A DNA stretch of 64,000 nucleotides from Gammaproteobacteria bacterium (lineage in GTDB: Bacteria; Pseudomonadota; Gammaproteobacteria; SZUA-229), in the NCBI GenBank assembly GCA_032251315.1, contig JAVVEE010000002.1:13332-77331 (forward strand), given 5' to 3'. How positions within the stretch are numbered: the stretch's first letter is position 1; each line of letters begins with the position of its first letter. Under the pieces are notes generated by a model. The model ran no database searches. It was not told the origin of the DNA and saw only the letters and a program-made list of their open reading frames with translations. Below are positions 28,825 to 39,931 of this stretch, piece after piece. Both the position numbers and the translations under genes were made by a program.

Positions 28825-28839
28825 ATCGAAATATTCGAT
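28825..28839. promoter_or_regulatory. Perfect dyad ATCGAA-ATA-TTCGAT (ATC-N9-GAT, LysR-type T-N11-A box) in the divergent HPP/LysR promoter region
   Basis: The palindrome was read directly, 10 nt upstream of the LysR ATG, within the 82-bp intergenic region. Confidence 0.5.
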
Positions 28840-28848
28840 ATTAATGCC

Positions 28849-29724
28849 ATGGATATGAATCAGATCAGAACATTTCTCGCGGTCGCCGCCAACGGCAGTT
28901 TTCTTGAGGCCGCCACACGACTGCACGTCACCCAGTCCACCGTCAGCAATCGCATTCAGCTGCTGGAGGCCTATCTGGGTGCCAGCCTTTTTGTGCGTAA
29001 CCGCTCCGGCGCCACCCTGACCCCTGCGGGAAAACGCTTTGTACATCACGCCAAGGCGTTTATTTTGACGCTGGATCAGGCGCGACACGATGTCGGCCTG
29101 CCCAGCCGTTATCGAGCCAGTATTACCGTCGGTGCCAGAATTGCTTTGTGGGAGATCTTTCTGCCTCGCTGGATCGGGGAAATGCGCCACAGCTCACCGG
29201 ATATTTCGATTCGAAGTGAAATTGGTTTTGAGGAAGACCTTATGCGCCGCATCATCGAAGGCACCATGGACGTGGCGCTGATGTACACACCCCAGCACGG
29301 ACCGGGCATTCATGTGCAGCACCTGTTTGATGAAACACTGGTACTGGTGACCACCGATCCGGAAAAACCCTGGCCCGATGAAGATTATATTTACGTGGAC
29401 TGGGGCCCGGCGTTCTACGCCCAGCACAGCAGCAATTATCCTGACCTGGAGCGTCCTGCTCAGGTGGTGAACATAGGCTGGCTGGGCATACAGCTCATTA
29501 TCAGCAATGGCGGCTCCTGTTTTGTGCCGGTGCGTATGGCCGAGCCATTGATCCGAGCGGGTCAGCTGTTTCAAATGCCCGACAGCCCGCAGTTTAAACT
29601 GCCCACCTACATGGTGTATTCGCGCAATAGCGATTCCATCGTACTGGAACAGGTACTCGAGAGCCTGCGCGCACAGGCCGCCATAGAACAGGGAAAAGCA
29701 CTCACCACCGGAATATTACTGTAG
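28849..29724 (+). CDS. LysR family transcriptional regulator
   Basis: It has an N-terminal wHTH (MNQIRTFLAVAANGSFLEAATRLHVTQSTVSNRIQLLE) and a LysR substrate-binding length of 291 aa. Confidence 0.9.
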   Translation: MDMNQIRTFLAVAANGSFLEAATRLHVTQSTVSNRIQLLEAYLGASLFVRNRSGATLTPAGKRFVHHAKAFILTLDQARHDVGLPSRYRASITVGARIALWEIFLPRWIGEMRHSSPDISIRSEIGFEEDLMRRIIEGTMDVALMYTPQHGPGIHVQHLFDETLVLVTTDPEKPWPDEDYIYVDWGPAFYAQHSSNYPDLERPAQVVNIGWLGIQLIISNGGSCFVPVRMAEPLIRAGQLFQMPDSPQFKLPTYMVYSRNSDSIVLEQVLESLRAQAAIEQGKALTTGILL

Positions 29725-29777
29725 AGAACCTGCAATGTAGGTTACAACCATTTAGCCGCTGCCTTTAAATTATCGAA

Positions 29778-30644
29778 CTAGGCCTGATACTGCTTGTGTT
29801 TGAAAATAGCGGTTCTGGCAAGCGTATAGCGGGCCTCATCAATAATGCCTTCGTCTTTGAGCCGACGGCACATTTTCAGCTCTTCCACCAGCCCATCCGC
29901 TACCGACTGCTTCAACTGCACATGTTTAATAGCGTCTCGCAGCCTGGTGAAAAATTCATCAAATTCCTTCTGATTTGGCTTCCCGTTATCCATTAAAAAC
30001 AGCTCGATATTGCCAAACCGGCTTCTGAAAATATATTCATCGCGCATTAGATAAATAAATATTAATGTAGAGATTGCCGAAGTGGTTGAGGTGATGGCTG
30101 CGCCAATAAGGCAATACTCCAGATTGAACACCTCTTCGATACCTAGAAATATAAACAGCCCCAGTAAGGCCGCTGACACCAGAACCCCATACAGCCAGTT
30201 CCATTGGATGACTTTAATGTGTGCAGGCTCAGCAGAGACATAGGCGAGATTGACACGAAACTTTTTCCCAGCGGCCTTCTTCTTCCCGGTAAAATTCAGC
30301 AGTAAATGCCTGGATGCATAGAGCTGATACTCTCTAACGGTACCTTTGCGGGCATTTTCCTGCACCAGTTTCTCACCCAGTTTTGAAGGGTCAAACGCCT
30401 GGTCAAAGCTTTCATAATTATCCGACGAGACATCGAAAGCAGCACTTTCAATAATAATTTCATTATTATTATTCATACCTGTAAAACCTATAAGCTCAAG
30501 AGGAGTAGATGGCGTAATTGAATTTATAGCATTTGAGGTAAAAAACTGAACAGCAGGGCAATCAGAACCAGAGAAGAAGCCTGCACAGGTGAAGTCATAC
30601 ACTAAACAGAGTGCGCTAATGTCTTCCTGATGACTGTGTACCAA
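29778..30644 (-). CDS. Hypothetical membrane protein with two central TM helices and a C-terminal SHOCT-like motif
   Basis: The C-terminus LVEELKMCRRLKDEGIIDEARYTLARTAIF resembles SHOCT (L..L..L.deG.It.eEy). The start is uncertain (30644, or M57 at 30476). Confidence 0.5.
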   Translation of the reverse strand: MVHSHQEDISALCLVYDFTCAGFFSGSDCPAVQFFTSNAINSITPSTPLELIGFTGMNNNNEIIIESAAFDVSSDNYESFDQAFDPSKLGEKLVQENARKGTVREYQLYASRHLLLNFTGKKKAAGKKFRVNLAYVSAEPAHIKVIQWNWLYGVLVSAALLGLFIFLGIEEVFNLEYCLIGAAITSTTSAISTLIFIYLMRDEYIFRSRFGNIELFLMDNGKPNQKEFDEFFTRLRDAIKHVQLKQSVADGLVEELKMCRRLKDEGIIDEARYTLARTAIFKHKQYQA

Positions 30645-30921
30645 TTGGCAAAATCACCAGAGCCAGAAGTATACCAAGAAAATAATCTGGATCAACATAC
30701 CAGTCAGCGACTATCGTTTCAGGCAGATTCGCCGCCAGCGTGCACAGCACAACCAGCACAATCAAATAAATCTGACGATTTCGCACCAGCAGCGCCAGCA
30801 CCATTGCGGCCAGTGCAGCCATCAAATAATCCCCCTCAAAACCCATTCTAGCAAACATGCCATACGGCAAGCTGATCGCGATCGTCAGGAATAAAACAAC
30901 AAAAACAGATATGACCTTCAC
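30616..30921 (-). CDS. Small hypothetical membrane protein (3 predicted TM helices)
   Basis: The 101-aa hydrophobic ORF overlaps the downstream gene by 29 nt. Confidence 0.4.
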   Translation of the reverse strand: MKVISVFVVLFLTIAISLPYGMFARMGFEGDYLMAALAAMVLALLVRNRQIYLIVLVVLCTLAANLPETIVADWYVDPDYFLGILLALVILPIGTQSSGRH

Positions 30922-31150
30922 TCACCCACTCCTTCAAATGCCATTGAGCGAACCTCATCATGAAGTCTCATTCAGGCATAAATTTGTAGCAAGAATAGCA
31001 GTTTGCGTTATAACAAAAATTACAAAATTAAAGGGGGAGTTCTGAGGAAGTGATCGGTGTTTTTAATGGCTAAATTCTTTATTACTAAAAAGAGATTGCA
31101 TCCTTTAGCTTGTCTATTGTTTCGCCACTTCGTGAGCAATGCTCGTAGTA

Positions 31151-32740
31151 CTATTTAAGCTTAAAAAAGCTCATCAGCCGTGTCAGCCCTTCAGTTTCCT
31201 CATGCAGTGAACGAGTGGCTGCTACAGATTCCTCTAACATGGCTGCATTTTGCTGGGTCATATCGCCCATTCTGGCAATAGCAATATTGACCTGGCTAAT
31301 ACCGGATGATTGTTCCTGACTGGCTGAGTCGATTTCATTAATAATATCAGCCACTTTATTGATGCCTTCAATGATACTCAACAGGGTCGTGCCCGACTCG
31401 TTTACCAGAGTAGTGCCTGCCTTCACTTTCTCAGCACTGTCTTCAATCAAATTTTTTATTTCTTTCGCGGCATCAGCACTTCGTTGCGCCAGGCTTCTTA
31501 CTTCACTCGCAACAACAGCAAAACCTCTGCCTTCCTCACCGGCACGAGCCGCCTCAACTGCAGCATTTAGTGCCAGTAAATTGGTCTGAAAGGAGATGGA
31601 GTTAATAGTAGAAATAATATCAGCGATCTTACTGCTCGAATCATTAATGGCATTCATAGCAGAAGCTGCCCGATCCACCACCTGTCCGCCGCTGCTGGCA
31701 TTATTGCGCACTACGCCGGCAAGTTCATTCGCTTGTCCTGCTAGTGTTGCATTTTGACTTACGATACTGGTCATCTCCTCCATAGCTGAAGACGTTTCTT
31801 CAAGGGATGAGGCCTGTTCTTCTGTGCGCTCTGATAGATTAACATTGCCCTCAGTTATGTGTTTAGAATTGCTTTCGATGCTGACAACACTCTTGACCAC
31901 ATCAAATACAATTTCTCGTAATTTAACATTCATTTTTGAAGTGGCATTCATAAACTTACCAACCTCATCATTTGAAGTGACTTCAATGTTATGAGTTAAG
32001 TCGCCAATTGATACGCTTTCTGCCAACGACACCGCGGCTTTCAATGGGCGGGTAATGCCGAGAATAATTAAAAACGAACTAATAATACCCAATAACAACC
32101 CACTAAGAATGCCACCTATGACCATATAGCGGTAGAGTTGATTGCGAGCGATAGTGGCATTAATATCTTTCTGAGCCTCCACCATATAAAAATCTACAAT
32201 TTCACCAATGGTTTCTACAACCGGCAAGTATGCATGCCCCGATATTTCTTCAATCATGCGCCCTAATTCCCAGTCTTCTGATCGTATTGCGCTCAGAATT
32301 GGTAGAACAGCATCTTGACCATTGATAACACGCGCAGAACTATATGCCGCAAGCAACTCCCTTTCTTTGTCGCTATTCACCGTGCTGGACATCATTTCAA
32401 TGTTTTTTAGCGTCGCGCTCATGCCGACTTCTATCTTCTCTATATAATCCTTTGATCTATCCTGCTCCATTAATGCTTCCAGTATTAAAGTGCGATGATC
32501 GAGCGCGTTTTTCTGAAGTGCTGTGGCAAGTTCAAGTGGAAGCATGCGTTTAGCGTACAGAGACTCCAGCTCTGATTCAGCCTCAGTTAATGCATAAAGA
32601 CCAAGCAATCCAACAACAATCAGCAGACTCGCCATAAATCCAACGAGCAGTCCTAGCCTTGTTCCAATGGTTTTGTTAGCGAAGCCAAAATGGCTGCCAT
32701 GCAGCTTTTTACCAGGGCGGGTTTTATTTGAAAAAATCAT
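31151..32740 (-). CDS. Methyl-accepting chemotaxis protein
   Basis: It has an N-terminal TM, periplasmic helical sensor, TM2, HAMP and the highly conserved MCP signalling hairpin ([34 protein letters not shown]). I chose the start at 32740 (MIFSNKTR...). Confidence 0.9.
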   Translation of the reverse strand: MIFSNKTRPGKKLHGSHFGFANKTIGTRLGLLVGFMASLLIVVGLLGLYALTEAESELESLYAKRMLPLELATALQKNALDHRTLILEALMEQDRSKDYIEKIEVGMSATLKNIEMMSSTVNSDKERELLAAYSSARVINGQDAVLPILSAIRSEDWELGRMIEEISGHAYLPVVETIGEIVDFYMVEAQKDINATIARNQLYRYMVIGGILSGLLLGIISSFLIILGITRPLKAAVSLAESVSIGDLTHNIEVTSNDEVGKFMNATSKMNVKLREIVFDVVKSVVSIESNSKHITEGNVNLSERTEEQASSLEETSSAMEEMTSIVSQNATLAGQANELAGVVRNNASSGGQVVDRAASAMNAINDSSSKIADIISTINSISFQTNLLALNAAVEAARAGEEGRGFAVVASEVRSLAQRSADAAKEIKNLIEDSAEKVKAGTTLVNESGTTLLSIIEGINKVADIINEIDSASQEQSSGISQVNIAIARMGDMTQQNAAMLEESVAATRSLHEETEGLTRLMSFFKLK

Positions 32741-33166
32741 GCATGTTTTATAGCACAGATTCAACTCATTAGTGTAACCGGGAGGGGGGAAAATAGTTAG
32801 ACTCGATCCTATATATGGCATGTAACCTATGCCCTTGATTCGTACAGCTCTTTACACGACCCATCGAGTACAGGGAAATGCAGAATATAAGAGAGTAACG
32901 CGCCCGTGGGTCGGGAGAAATTTGACGGGATGCAATTTGCATAAGCATAGCGAGTCCGAAGGGTAGGCACATAGATTTACCGCATAATACCCACTACCCA
33001 TATTGTTATGACTTATTGCGAAGGTTAATAATTGCGCCGATGTATGCGCCATATACATTCCCGCACAGGAGCATGAGCACGAGCACATCTCAAATGCAGA
33101 ATTTTTCGCTGGGTTCGAAATGACAGATAAATCAGAGCCCCCCCTAAATCATGGAAGCAGAAAAAA

Positions 33167-34756
33167 CTAACTGAATTTCCCATGTTCCCGTGTTGCCAAA
33201 AACTTGATCTTCGGCCATTTTTCCATGGTCATGCTCAGGTTAACGCGTGAAGGTGCGATATAGGCCAGATCGCCGGCGTGGTCCAGCGCGAGATTGCTGC
33301 TGTGACGATCTTTGAATTTATTAAGCTCTTTCTCATCATCACATTCAATCCAACGGGCGGTGGTGACATTTACATGTTCAAAATTACAATCGACACTGTA
33401 CTCGTGTAACAGACGATGCTGAACAACTTCGAACTGCAAGGCACCGACGGCGCCGAGAATAAGATCATTGTTGGTGATGGGCCGGTATAACTGAGTGGCA
33501 CCTTCTTCACATAACTGAATCAGGCCTTTTTGCAGGGCTTTCATTTTCAGCGGGTCACGCAGTTGTGCGCGGCGGAATAGTTCCGGGGCGAAATTCGGGA
33601 TGCCGGTAAAGGCTAGTTCTTCGCCCTGGGTGAAGGTGTCACCGATGCGCATGGTGCCGTGATTATGCAGGCCGATAATATCACCGGTAAAGGCTTCTTC
33701 TACATGCTCACGGTCTGAAGCCATGAATGTCAGCGCGTCGTTCAGCCTGATATCTTTACCGATGCGCACATGCCTGACCTTCATCCCCTTGGTATAGGTG
33801 CCGGAACAGATGCGCACAAAAGCGATGCGGTCGCGATGACCGGGGTCCATGTTTGCCTGAATTTTAAAAACAAAACCGGTGAATTTTTCTTCCTCGGGTT
33901 TAACTTCACGACTTTGTGTCATGCGCGATTTGGGTGCAGGAGCATAGGTTTCCAGCGCATCGAGCAGTTCTTTGACGCCGAAGTTATTGATGCCCGAGCC
34001 AAAAAATACCGGTGTCATTTCACCGCGTTTATAGGCATCAATATCAAATTCGTGACTTGCGCCCTTCACCAGCTCGATCTCTTCACGCAGCTCTTCTGCC
34101 GACTGGCCCAGGATTTCGTCAAGCCGGGGATTATCAAGACCCTCAATGACATCGCCGTACTGGATCTTGCCACCGTGGGTGGCACTGTACAGATGCACCC
34201 GGTTTTCAATCAGATTGAATACGCCTTTGAACTGCTTGCCCATGCCAATGGGCCAGGTGATGGGGGCGCACTGAATATTCAGGATATCCTCAATTTCATC
34301 CAGAATATCAATCGGGTCGCGTGCTTCGCGGTCCATTTTATTGACGAAGGTGATGATCGGCGTGGTGCGCAGACGACAGACTTCCATGAGTTTGATGGTG
34401 CGCTCTTCCACGCCCTTGGCGGCATCAATCACCATCAGCGCAGAGTCGACAGCGGTCAGCGTTCGATAGGTGTCTTCCGAGAAATCGGCATGGCCGGGGG
34501 TATCCAGCAAGTTGATAATGCACTTTTCATAAGTGAACTGCATCACCGACGATGAGACCGAAATGCCGCGCTGTTTTTCCAGCGCCATCCAGTCGGAGGT
34601 GGCATGAGTGGCGGCTTTGCGACCCTTGACGGTACCCGCCAGCTGGATGGCGCCACCGAATAGCAGCAGCTTTTCTGTAAGCGTGGTTTTACCCGCATCG
34701 GGGTGCGAGATAATGGCGAAGGTTCGCCGACGTTTTACTTCTTCCAGATATGTCAT
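33167..34756 (-). CDS. prfC: Peptide chain release factor 3
   Basis: The 529-aa ORF has GTPase motifs ([24 protein letters not shown]) and RF3 length. Confidence 0.93.
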   Translation of the reverse strand: MTYLEEVKRRRTFAIISHPDAGKTTLTEKLLLFGGAIQLAGTVKGRKAATHATSDWMALEKQRGISVSSSVMQFTYEKCIINLLDTPGHADFSEDTYRTLTAVDSALMVIDAAKGVEERTIKLMEVCRLRTTPIITFVNKMDREARDPIDILDEIEDILNIQCAPITWPIGMGKQFKGVFNLIENRVHLYSATHGGKIQYGDVIEGLDNPRLDEILGQSAEELREEIELVKGASHEFDIDAYKRGEMTPVFFGSGINNFGVKELLDALETYAPAPKSRMTQSREVKPEEEKFTGFVFKIQANMDPGHRDRIAFVRICSGTYTKGMKVRHVRIGKDIRLNDALTFMASDREHVEEAFTGDIIGLHNHGTMRIGDTFTQGEELAFTGIPNFAPELFRRAQLRDPLKMKALQKGLIQLCEEGATQLYRPITNNDLILGAVGALQFEVVQHRLLHEYSVDCNFEHVNVTTARWIECDDEKELNKFKDRHSSNLALDHAGDLAYIAPSRVNLSMTMEKWPKIKFLATREHGKFS

Positions 34757-34897
34757 GGGCGCAGATTATACAGGAGCCAACACGCAGTAAAATACCTTTT
34801 CGTTCACCAACATGCTAACTGACTCAGTCAATTTTTAGCGACAGGGCTCGTTACTTTGCCGATGCGTTACACACTGAGGCGTGCCTTAGTGAAACAG

Positions 34898-35398
34898 TCA
34901 GCCCAGATATTTGGCAAAAATGATGGCGTCTTCGCGCCCGTCGTGGGCGGGGTAATAAGCTTTTCTCACGCCCAGTTCGTGAAAACCTTCAGACTGGTAG
35001 AGCTCAATAGCTGACTTATTGGAGCGGCGCACTTCCAGAAGAATCATATCCACGCCGGACTGTTCGGACTTCTGCATCATCAGGCGTAGCAGCCCTCGCC
35101 CTACCCCCATACGCTGCATCGACGGTTTGACGCAGAGATTGAGCACGTGCGATTCACCCGGGGCCATCATGAGAATGCCATGACCGGCAATGGTCTCTTC
35201 CTGCAGGGCAAGCCAGCAGCGATTCAGCCGCAGGCAGTCCTGAAATATTCCCCGGGTCCAGGGGTGAGAATGGGCCTGCGCTTCGATGGCCATGACCTGT
35301 TCGAGATCGGCTTTGGTCATGGTTCTGAAGCTGAGTTTATTATTTGACTGGATGGTCGCGTCTGTAGCCACCGTTGTCTTTTGTGAGTCTACAGTCAT
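34898..35398 (-). CDS. rimI: Ribosomal-protein-alanine N-acetyltransferase (GNAT)
   Basis: It has a GNAT core (RMGVGRGLL, LEVRRSN..A..LY...GF). The ATG at 35398 overlaps the UDG stop codon (ATGA); the ORF track start at 35644 lies inside the UDG gene. Confidence 0.8.
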   Translation of the reverse strand: MTVDSQKTTVATDATIQSNNKLSFRTMTKADLEQVMAIEAQAHSHPWTRGIFQDCLRLNRCWLALQEETIAGHGILMMAPGESHVLNLCVKPSMQRMGVGRGLLRLMMQKSEQSGVDMILLEVRRSNKSAIELYQSEGFHELGVRKAYYPAHDGREDAIIFAKYLG

Positions 35399-36168
35399 CC
35401 GTCCAGCAACCTCTTCACCTGCAACAGATCCTGCCAGGCTTTGCGCTTCTCGCTGGGCTTGTGCAGTAAATAAACGGGGTGATAACTGGCGATCAGCGGC
35501 CGGCCTGAATAGCGGTGCTGGCTGCCGCGCAGTGTGCTGATTTTTTCGTTTGAATTGAGCAGTGCCTGTGCCGCCACCCGACCCATTGAAAATATAACTT
35601 TGGGTTGTAGCAGTTCGATTTGACGATGCAGGTAATGCCGGCAATGCTCTATTTCAGCCGGCAAGGGATCACGCTCGTCCGGCGTACAGCATTTGATAAT
35701 ATTGGTGATATAGACATCCTCTCTCTGCAAGCCTATCGCCTGCAACATCGCGCTGAGCAGCTGCCCGGCGGCGCCGACAAAAGGCTCGCCCTGAGCATCC
35801 TCTTCCAGAGTCGGCGCTTCACTGATCACCAGCAGACTGGCGGTCTGCTTACCGGCACCGAATACGGTCTGGCTGCGCGTTGCCTGTAAGCCACACTGGT
35901 CGCAATGCTGAACCAGCGCTTCGAGCTCAGGCCAGTTACAGCTCGAGAGATCGGGCGGCTGTATTGCCAGAGTCAGATTATCGGGCACTGTTGACTCGGT
36001 TGCGCCCGGCTCGACCATGGGCACGTCATCTACCGCTTTTTCAGCCACCACCGGTGCAGCTTCGGGTTGCAACGCCTCCCAGACCTGTATGCCCATGGTA
36101 TCCAGATAATAGCGCCTGAGCTCTTCAGGCAGCATACAACCGTCAGCTTGTTGCTCAGGTGCGGTCAA
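35395..36168 (-). CDS. Uracil-DNA glycosylase family 4-like protein with an N-terminal extension
   Basis: The motifs ISEAP..EED..GEPFVGAAGQLL and ITNIIKC.P...R.P fit family 4. The canonical GEAPG is replaced by SEAPT. Confidence 0.75.
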   Translation of the reverse strand: MTAPEQQADGCMLPEELRRYYLDTMGIQVWEALQPEAAPVVAEKAVDDVPMVEPGATESTVPDNLTLAIQPPDLSSCNWPELEALVQHCDQCGLQATRSQTVFGAGKQTASLLVISEAPTLEEDAQGEPFVGAAGQLLSAMLQAIGLQREDVYITNIIKCCTPDERDPLPAEIEHCRHYLHRQIELLQPKVIFSMGRVAAQALLNSNEKISTLRGSQHRYSGRPLIASYHPVYLLHKPSEKRKAWQDLLQVKRLLDG

Positions 36169-36170
36169 AT

Positions 36171-37727
36171 TTATACATCACCCAGCTGGGGATGCTCCCT
36201 TTCGTCGGCGCGCGACAGCTTGTTCAGCGCGTAGATATACGCCTTGGCCGAAGCGATAACGATATCGGTATCCGCGCCCTGGCCGCTTACGATACGCCCG
36301 CCCTTTTCCAGCCTGACCGTAACTTCACCCTGGGCATCGGTGCCGCTGGTAATGGCATTGACCGAATACAGCTGCAACTCGGATTCGCTGTTAATAACCG
36401 ACTCGATGGCGCGGAAAACTGCATCCACCGGACCACTGCCATCAGAGTTAGCCGCCACCTCTTTATCGCCCACATTCAATATCAATGAGGCATAGGGGGT
36501 TTCACCGGTTTCTGAACACACTTTCAGACTGACTAACTTGAAGCGTTCGTTCTCCGCTGACCAGGTGGTCTCGGCCACCAGCGCCTGCAAGTCCTCGTCG
36601 AAGATATCGTGTTTTTTATCGGCGAGATCCTTGAAGCGGGAGAAGGTCTCATTCAGCTCCTGCTCGGAGGAAAACTCGATATTCAGTTCTTTCATGCGAC
36701 TTTTGAACGCATTGCGCCCGGAGTGCTTGCCCAGCACCATACGGTTGGCGGCCCAGCCTACATCCTGAGCACGCATGATTTCGTAAGTCTCCCGACTCTT
36801 CAAAATCCCATCCTGATGGATGCCCGATTCATGCGCAAAAGCATTGGCGCCAACGATGGCCTTGTTCGGCTGCACCGAAAAACCGGTGATGCTCGAGACC
36901 AGGCGGGAACAGGGCATGATCTGCGTGGTGTCCAGAGTGGTGTCGCAGGTGAAAATATCCTGCCGGGTACGCACCGCCATCACCACCTCTTCCAGCGCGG
37001 CATTACCGGCGCGTTCGCCCAGACCATTGATGGTGCATTCAACCTGACGCGCACCATTGAGCACGGCAGCCAGGGAATTGCCCACGGCCAGCCCCAGGTC
37101 ATTATGACAATGCACTGAAAACACGGCCTTGTCTGAATTGGGAATGCGCTCCAGTAAATTTTTCATTAACTCACCAAACTGGTGGGGCACGTTGTAGCCC
37201 ACGGTATCGGGAATATTGATGGTGGTCGCGCCCGCGTCGATCACCGCCTCAATGATACGGCAGAGAAAATCCAGCTCGGAACGTCCGGCATCTTCAGGTG
37301 AAAACTCGACATTGTCGGTCAGCCCCCGCGCCTGTTTAACGGCTCGCACTGCCTGCTCCAGCACCTCGTCCGGCTGCATGCGCAGTTTCATTTCCATGTG
37401 TATCGGCGAGGTCGCGATAAAGGTATGGATGCGCGATGACTCGGCAGGCTTGAGGGCTTCTCCGGCGCGGGCGATGTCTTTTTCCAGCGCACGCGCCAGA
37501 CCGCAAACCGTGCTGTTTTTAATGGCGCGTGCGACGGCCTGCACCGATTCGAAATCGCCCTGACTGGCAATCGGAAAACCGGCTTCAATGACATCCACAC
37601 GCATTTTTTCCAGTGCTCTGGCGATACGCACTTTCTCGTCACGGGTCATGGAAGCGCCGGGGCTCTGCTCACCGTCACGCAATGTGGTGTCGAAAATAAT
37701 TAACTTGTTTTGACTATTTTTGCTCAT
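36171..37727 (-). CDS. leuA: 2-isopropylmalate synthase
   Basis: The 518-aa ORF has [14 protein letters not shown] and HCHNDLGLA motifs and a C-terminal LeuA dimerisation/regulatory domain. Confidence 0.95.
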   Translation of the reverse strand: MSKNSQNKLIIFDTTLRDGEQSPGASMTRDEKVRIARALEKMRVDVIEAGFPIASQGDFESVQAVARAIKNSTVCGLARALEKDIARAGEALKPAESSRIHTFIATSPIHMEMKLRMQPDEVLEQAVRAVKQARGLTDNVEFSPEDAGRSELDFLCRIIEAVIDAGATTINIPDTVGYNVPHQFGELMKNLLERIPNSDKAVFSVHCHNDLGLAVGNSLAAVLNGARQVECTINGLGERAGNAALEEVVMAVRTRQDIFTCDTTLDTTQIMPCSRLVSSITGFSVQPNKAIVGANAFAHESGIHQDGILKSRETYEIMRAQDVGWAANRMVLGKHSGRNAFKSRMKELNIEFSSEQELNETFSRFKDLADKKHDIFDEDLQALVAETTWSAENERFKLVSLKVCSETGETPYASLILNVGDKEVAANSDGSGPVDAVFRAIESVINSESELQLYSVNAITSGTDAQGEVTVRLEKGGRIVSGQGADTDIVIASAKAYIYALNKLSRADEREHPQLGDV

Positions 37728-37740
37728 GGTCTACTCCGGC

Positions 37741-37936
37741 AAAAAAACACCTTGAAAGGTTTTATCTAAAAGATAGAAGAAATAACTGATGCACGTTTCG
37801 TCTCGCCAGACTTTCTTGATCTGCCTTACGGCAGTAGGAGTAGTGCTAATGGCAGGTCATGCACAACAAAACACGGCGAACTTGCGGCAAGTTCGCTGTT
37901 GGCAGAAAAAGTTATCTGTTGTTTTGAAGTCTTCAT
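37741..37936 (-). promoter_or_regulatory. Candidate leuA leader: a 36-codon ORF ending ...DLPLALLLLP* (37936-37826) plus a hairpin with a T7 run just before the leuA RBS (37741-37766)
   Basis: The minus strand reads ATGAAGACT...CTGCCATTAGCACTACTCCTACTGCCGTAA, with 6 Leu in the last 9 codons and 4 consecutive. AAAACCTTTCAAGGTGTTTTTTT sits 13 nt before the leuA ATG. CTACTCC in the Leu codons is complementary to the leuA SD region GGAGTAG. Confidence 0.45.
37862..37896 (-). terminator. 10-bp perfect hairpin (GCGAACTTGC/GCAAGTTCGC) followed by a GTGTTTTGTTG tract; either the pssA terminator or part of the leuA leader structure
   Basis: The palindrome at 37876-37896 was read directly. A T-rich tract follows on the minus strand. 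Confidence 0.4.
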
Positions 37937-37991
37937 ATGAGCTTAACTATAACGATTGATTTAATATTGCACAAGCATTTCAGGCGAATAA

Positions 37992-38777
37992 TTAACTTTT
38001 GCGCTGCCAACGTTTTCGAATCCGGCGCATGATACTAACCACCGGTCCGGAGAGCAGATAAATCATAAAGCCGCCGAAAAGGATTTTAGGCGGATCGATG
38101 GAGGCCAGTACAAATACCAGCACAACCACGAAAATAGCGATAAAAGGCACCCTGTTTTTGAAGTCGATGTCTTTGAAGCTGTAATAGGAGATATTGCTCA
38201 CCATCAGCAGACCGGTGACTATAGTCAACAGCAGTGCTGCTTCAGCCATATCCTGACCTCTGACATCCTGAGCAAAAAAAGCCCAGACCATACCGACGAT
38301 GACCCCCGCCGCTGCCGGGCTGGGCAGCCCCTGAAAATAGCGTTTATCGGCACCGCTGATTTTGGTATTGAACCGGGCCAGCCTGAGTGCAGCCGCCGCC
38401 ACATAAATGAAAGCGGCTAACCAGCCGAGCTTGCCCCATTGCCAGCCATAATCGACCAGCGACGACAAGGACCATATATACATAACCAGAGCGGGTGCAA
38501 CCCCAAAAGAGACCATGTCGGAGAGGCTGTCATACTCGGCGCCAAAGTCACTTTGGGTATTGGTCATGCGGGCCACGCGCCCATCCAGACCATCCAGAAT
38601 CATGGCAATAAAAATCGCCACACAGGCGTGTTCAAACTTGCCGTTCATTGCCGATACAATGGCATAAAAACCGGCAAATAAGGCGGCGGTGGTCAACAGG
38701 TTCGGCAGCAGGTAAACACCCCGTCGCCGGCTCACTTCCAGGGTCTCTTCTGATGATTGCTCTGCTTGATCATTCAT
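37992..38777 (-). CDS. pssA: CDP-diacylglycerol--serine O-phosphatidyltransferase
   Basis: It has the CDP-alcohol phosphotransferase motif DGLDGRVAR....S.FGAEYDSLSD in a multi-TM protein of 261 aa. Confidence 0.9.
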   Translation of the reverse strand: MNDQAEQSSEETLEVSRRRGVYLLPNLLTTAALFAGFYAIVSAMNGKFEHACVAIFIAMILDGLDGRVARMTNTQSDFGAEYDSLSDMVSFGVAPALVMYIWSLSSLVDYGWQWGKLGWLAAFIYVAAAALRLARFNTKISGADKRYFQGLPSPAAAGVIVGMVWAFFAQDVRGQDMAEAALLLTIVTGLLMVSNISYYSFKDIDFKNRVPFIAIFVVVLVFVLASIDPPKILFGGFMIYLLSGPVVSIMRRIRKRWQRKS

Positions 38778-38853
38778 AGTTTAAGGTTAGCCTATACAAA
38801 AATCTTTGCCACAAACAAAAAAGGGCTGCAACGCAGCCCTTTTCAAACCGGTT

Positions 38854-39885
<1,032 letters not shown>

Positions 39886-39931
39886 TTATTTTCTTAAAAA
39901 TTGTTTGATAGTCGAAATTTAATCGCCTGTT

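Noticed and set aside
32741-32860. Sigma28-type promoter (TAAAG-N15-GCCGATAA) upstream of the MCP gene
   Set aside because: A TAAAG is present on the minus strand (about 32847-32851), but the downstream element (GGGCATAG) matches the GCCGATAA consensus poorly at the required spacing.
32852-33088. 78-aa ORF beginning MCSCSCSCAG
   Set aside because: It is an artefact of a short GCTC/GTGC microrepeat, with no RBS and no conserved features.
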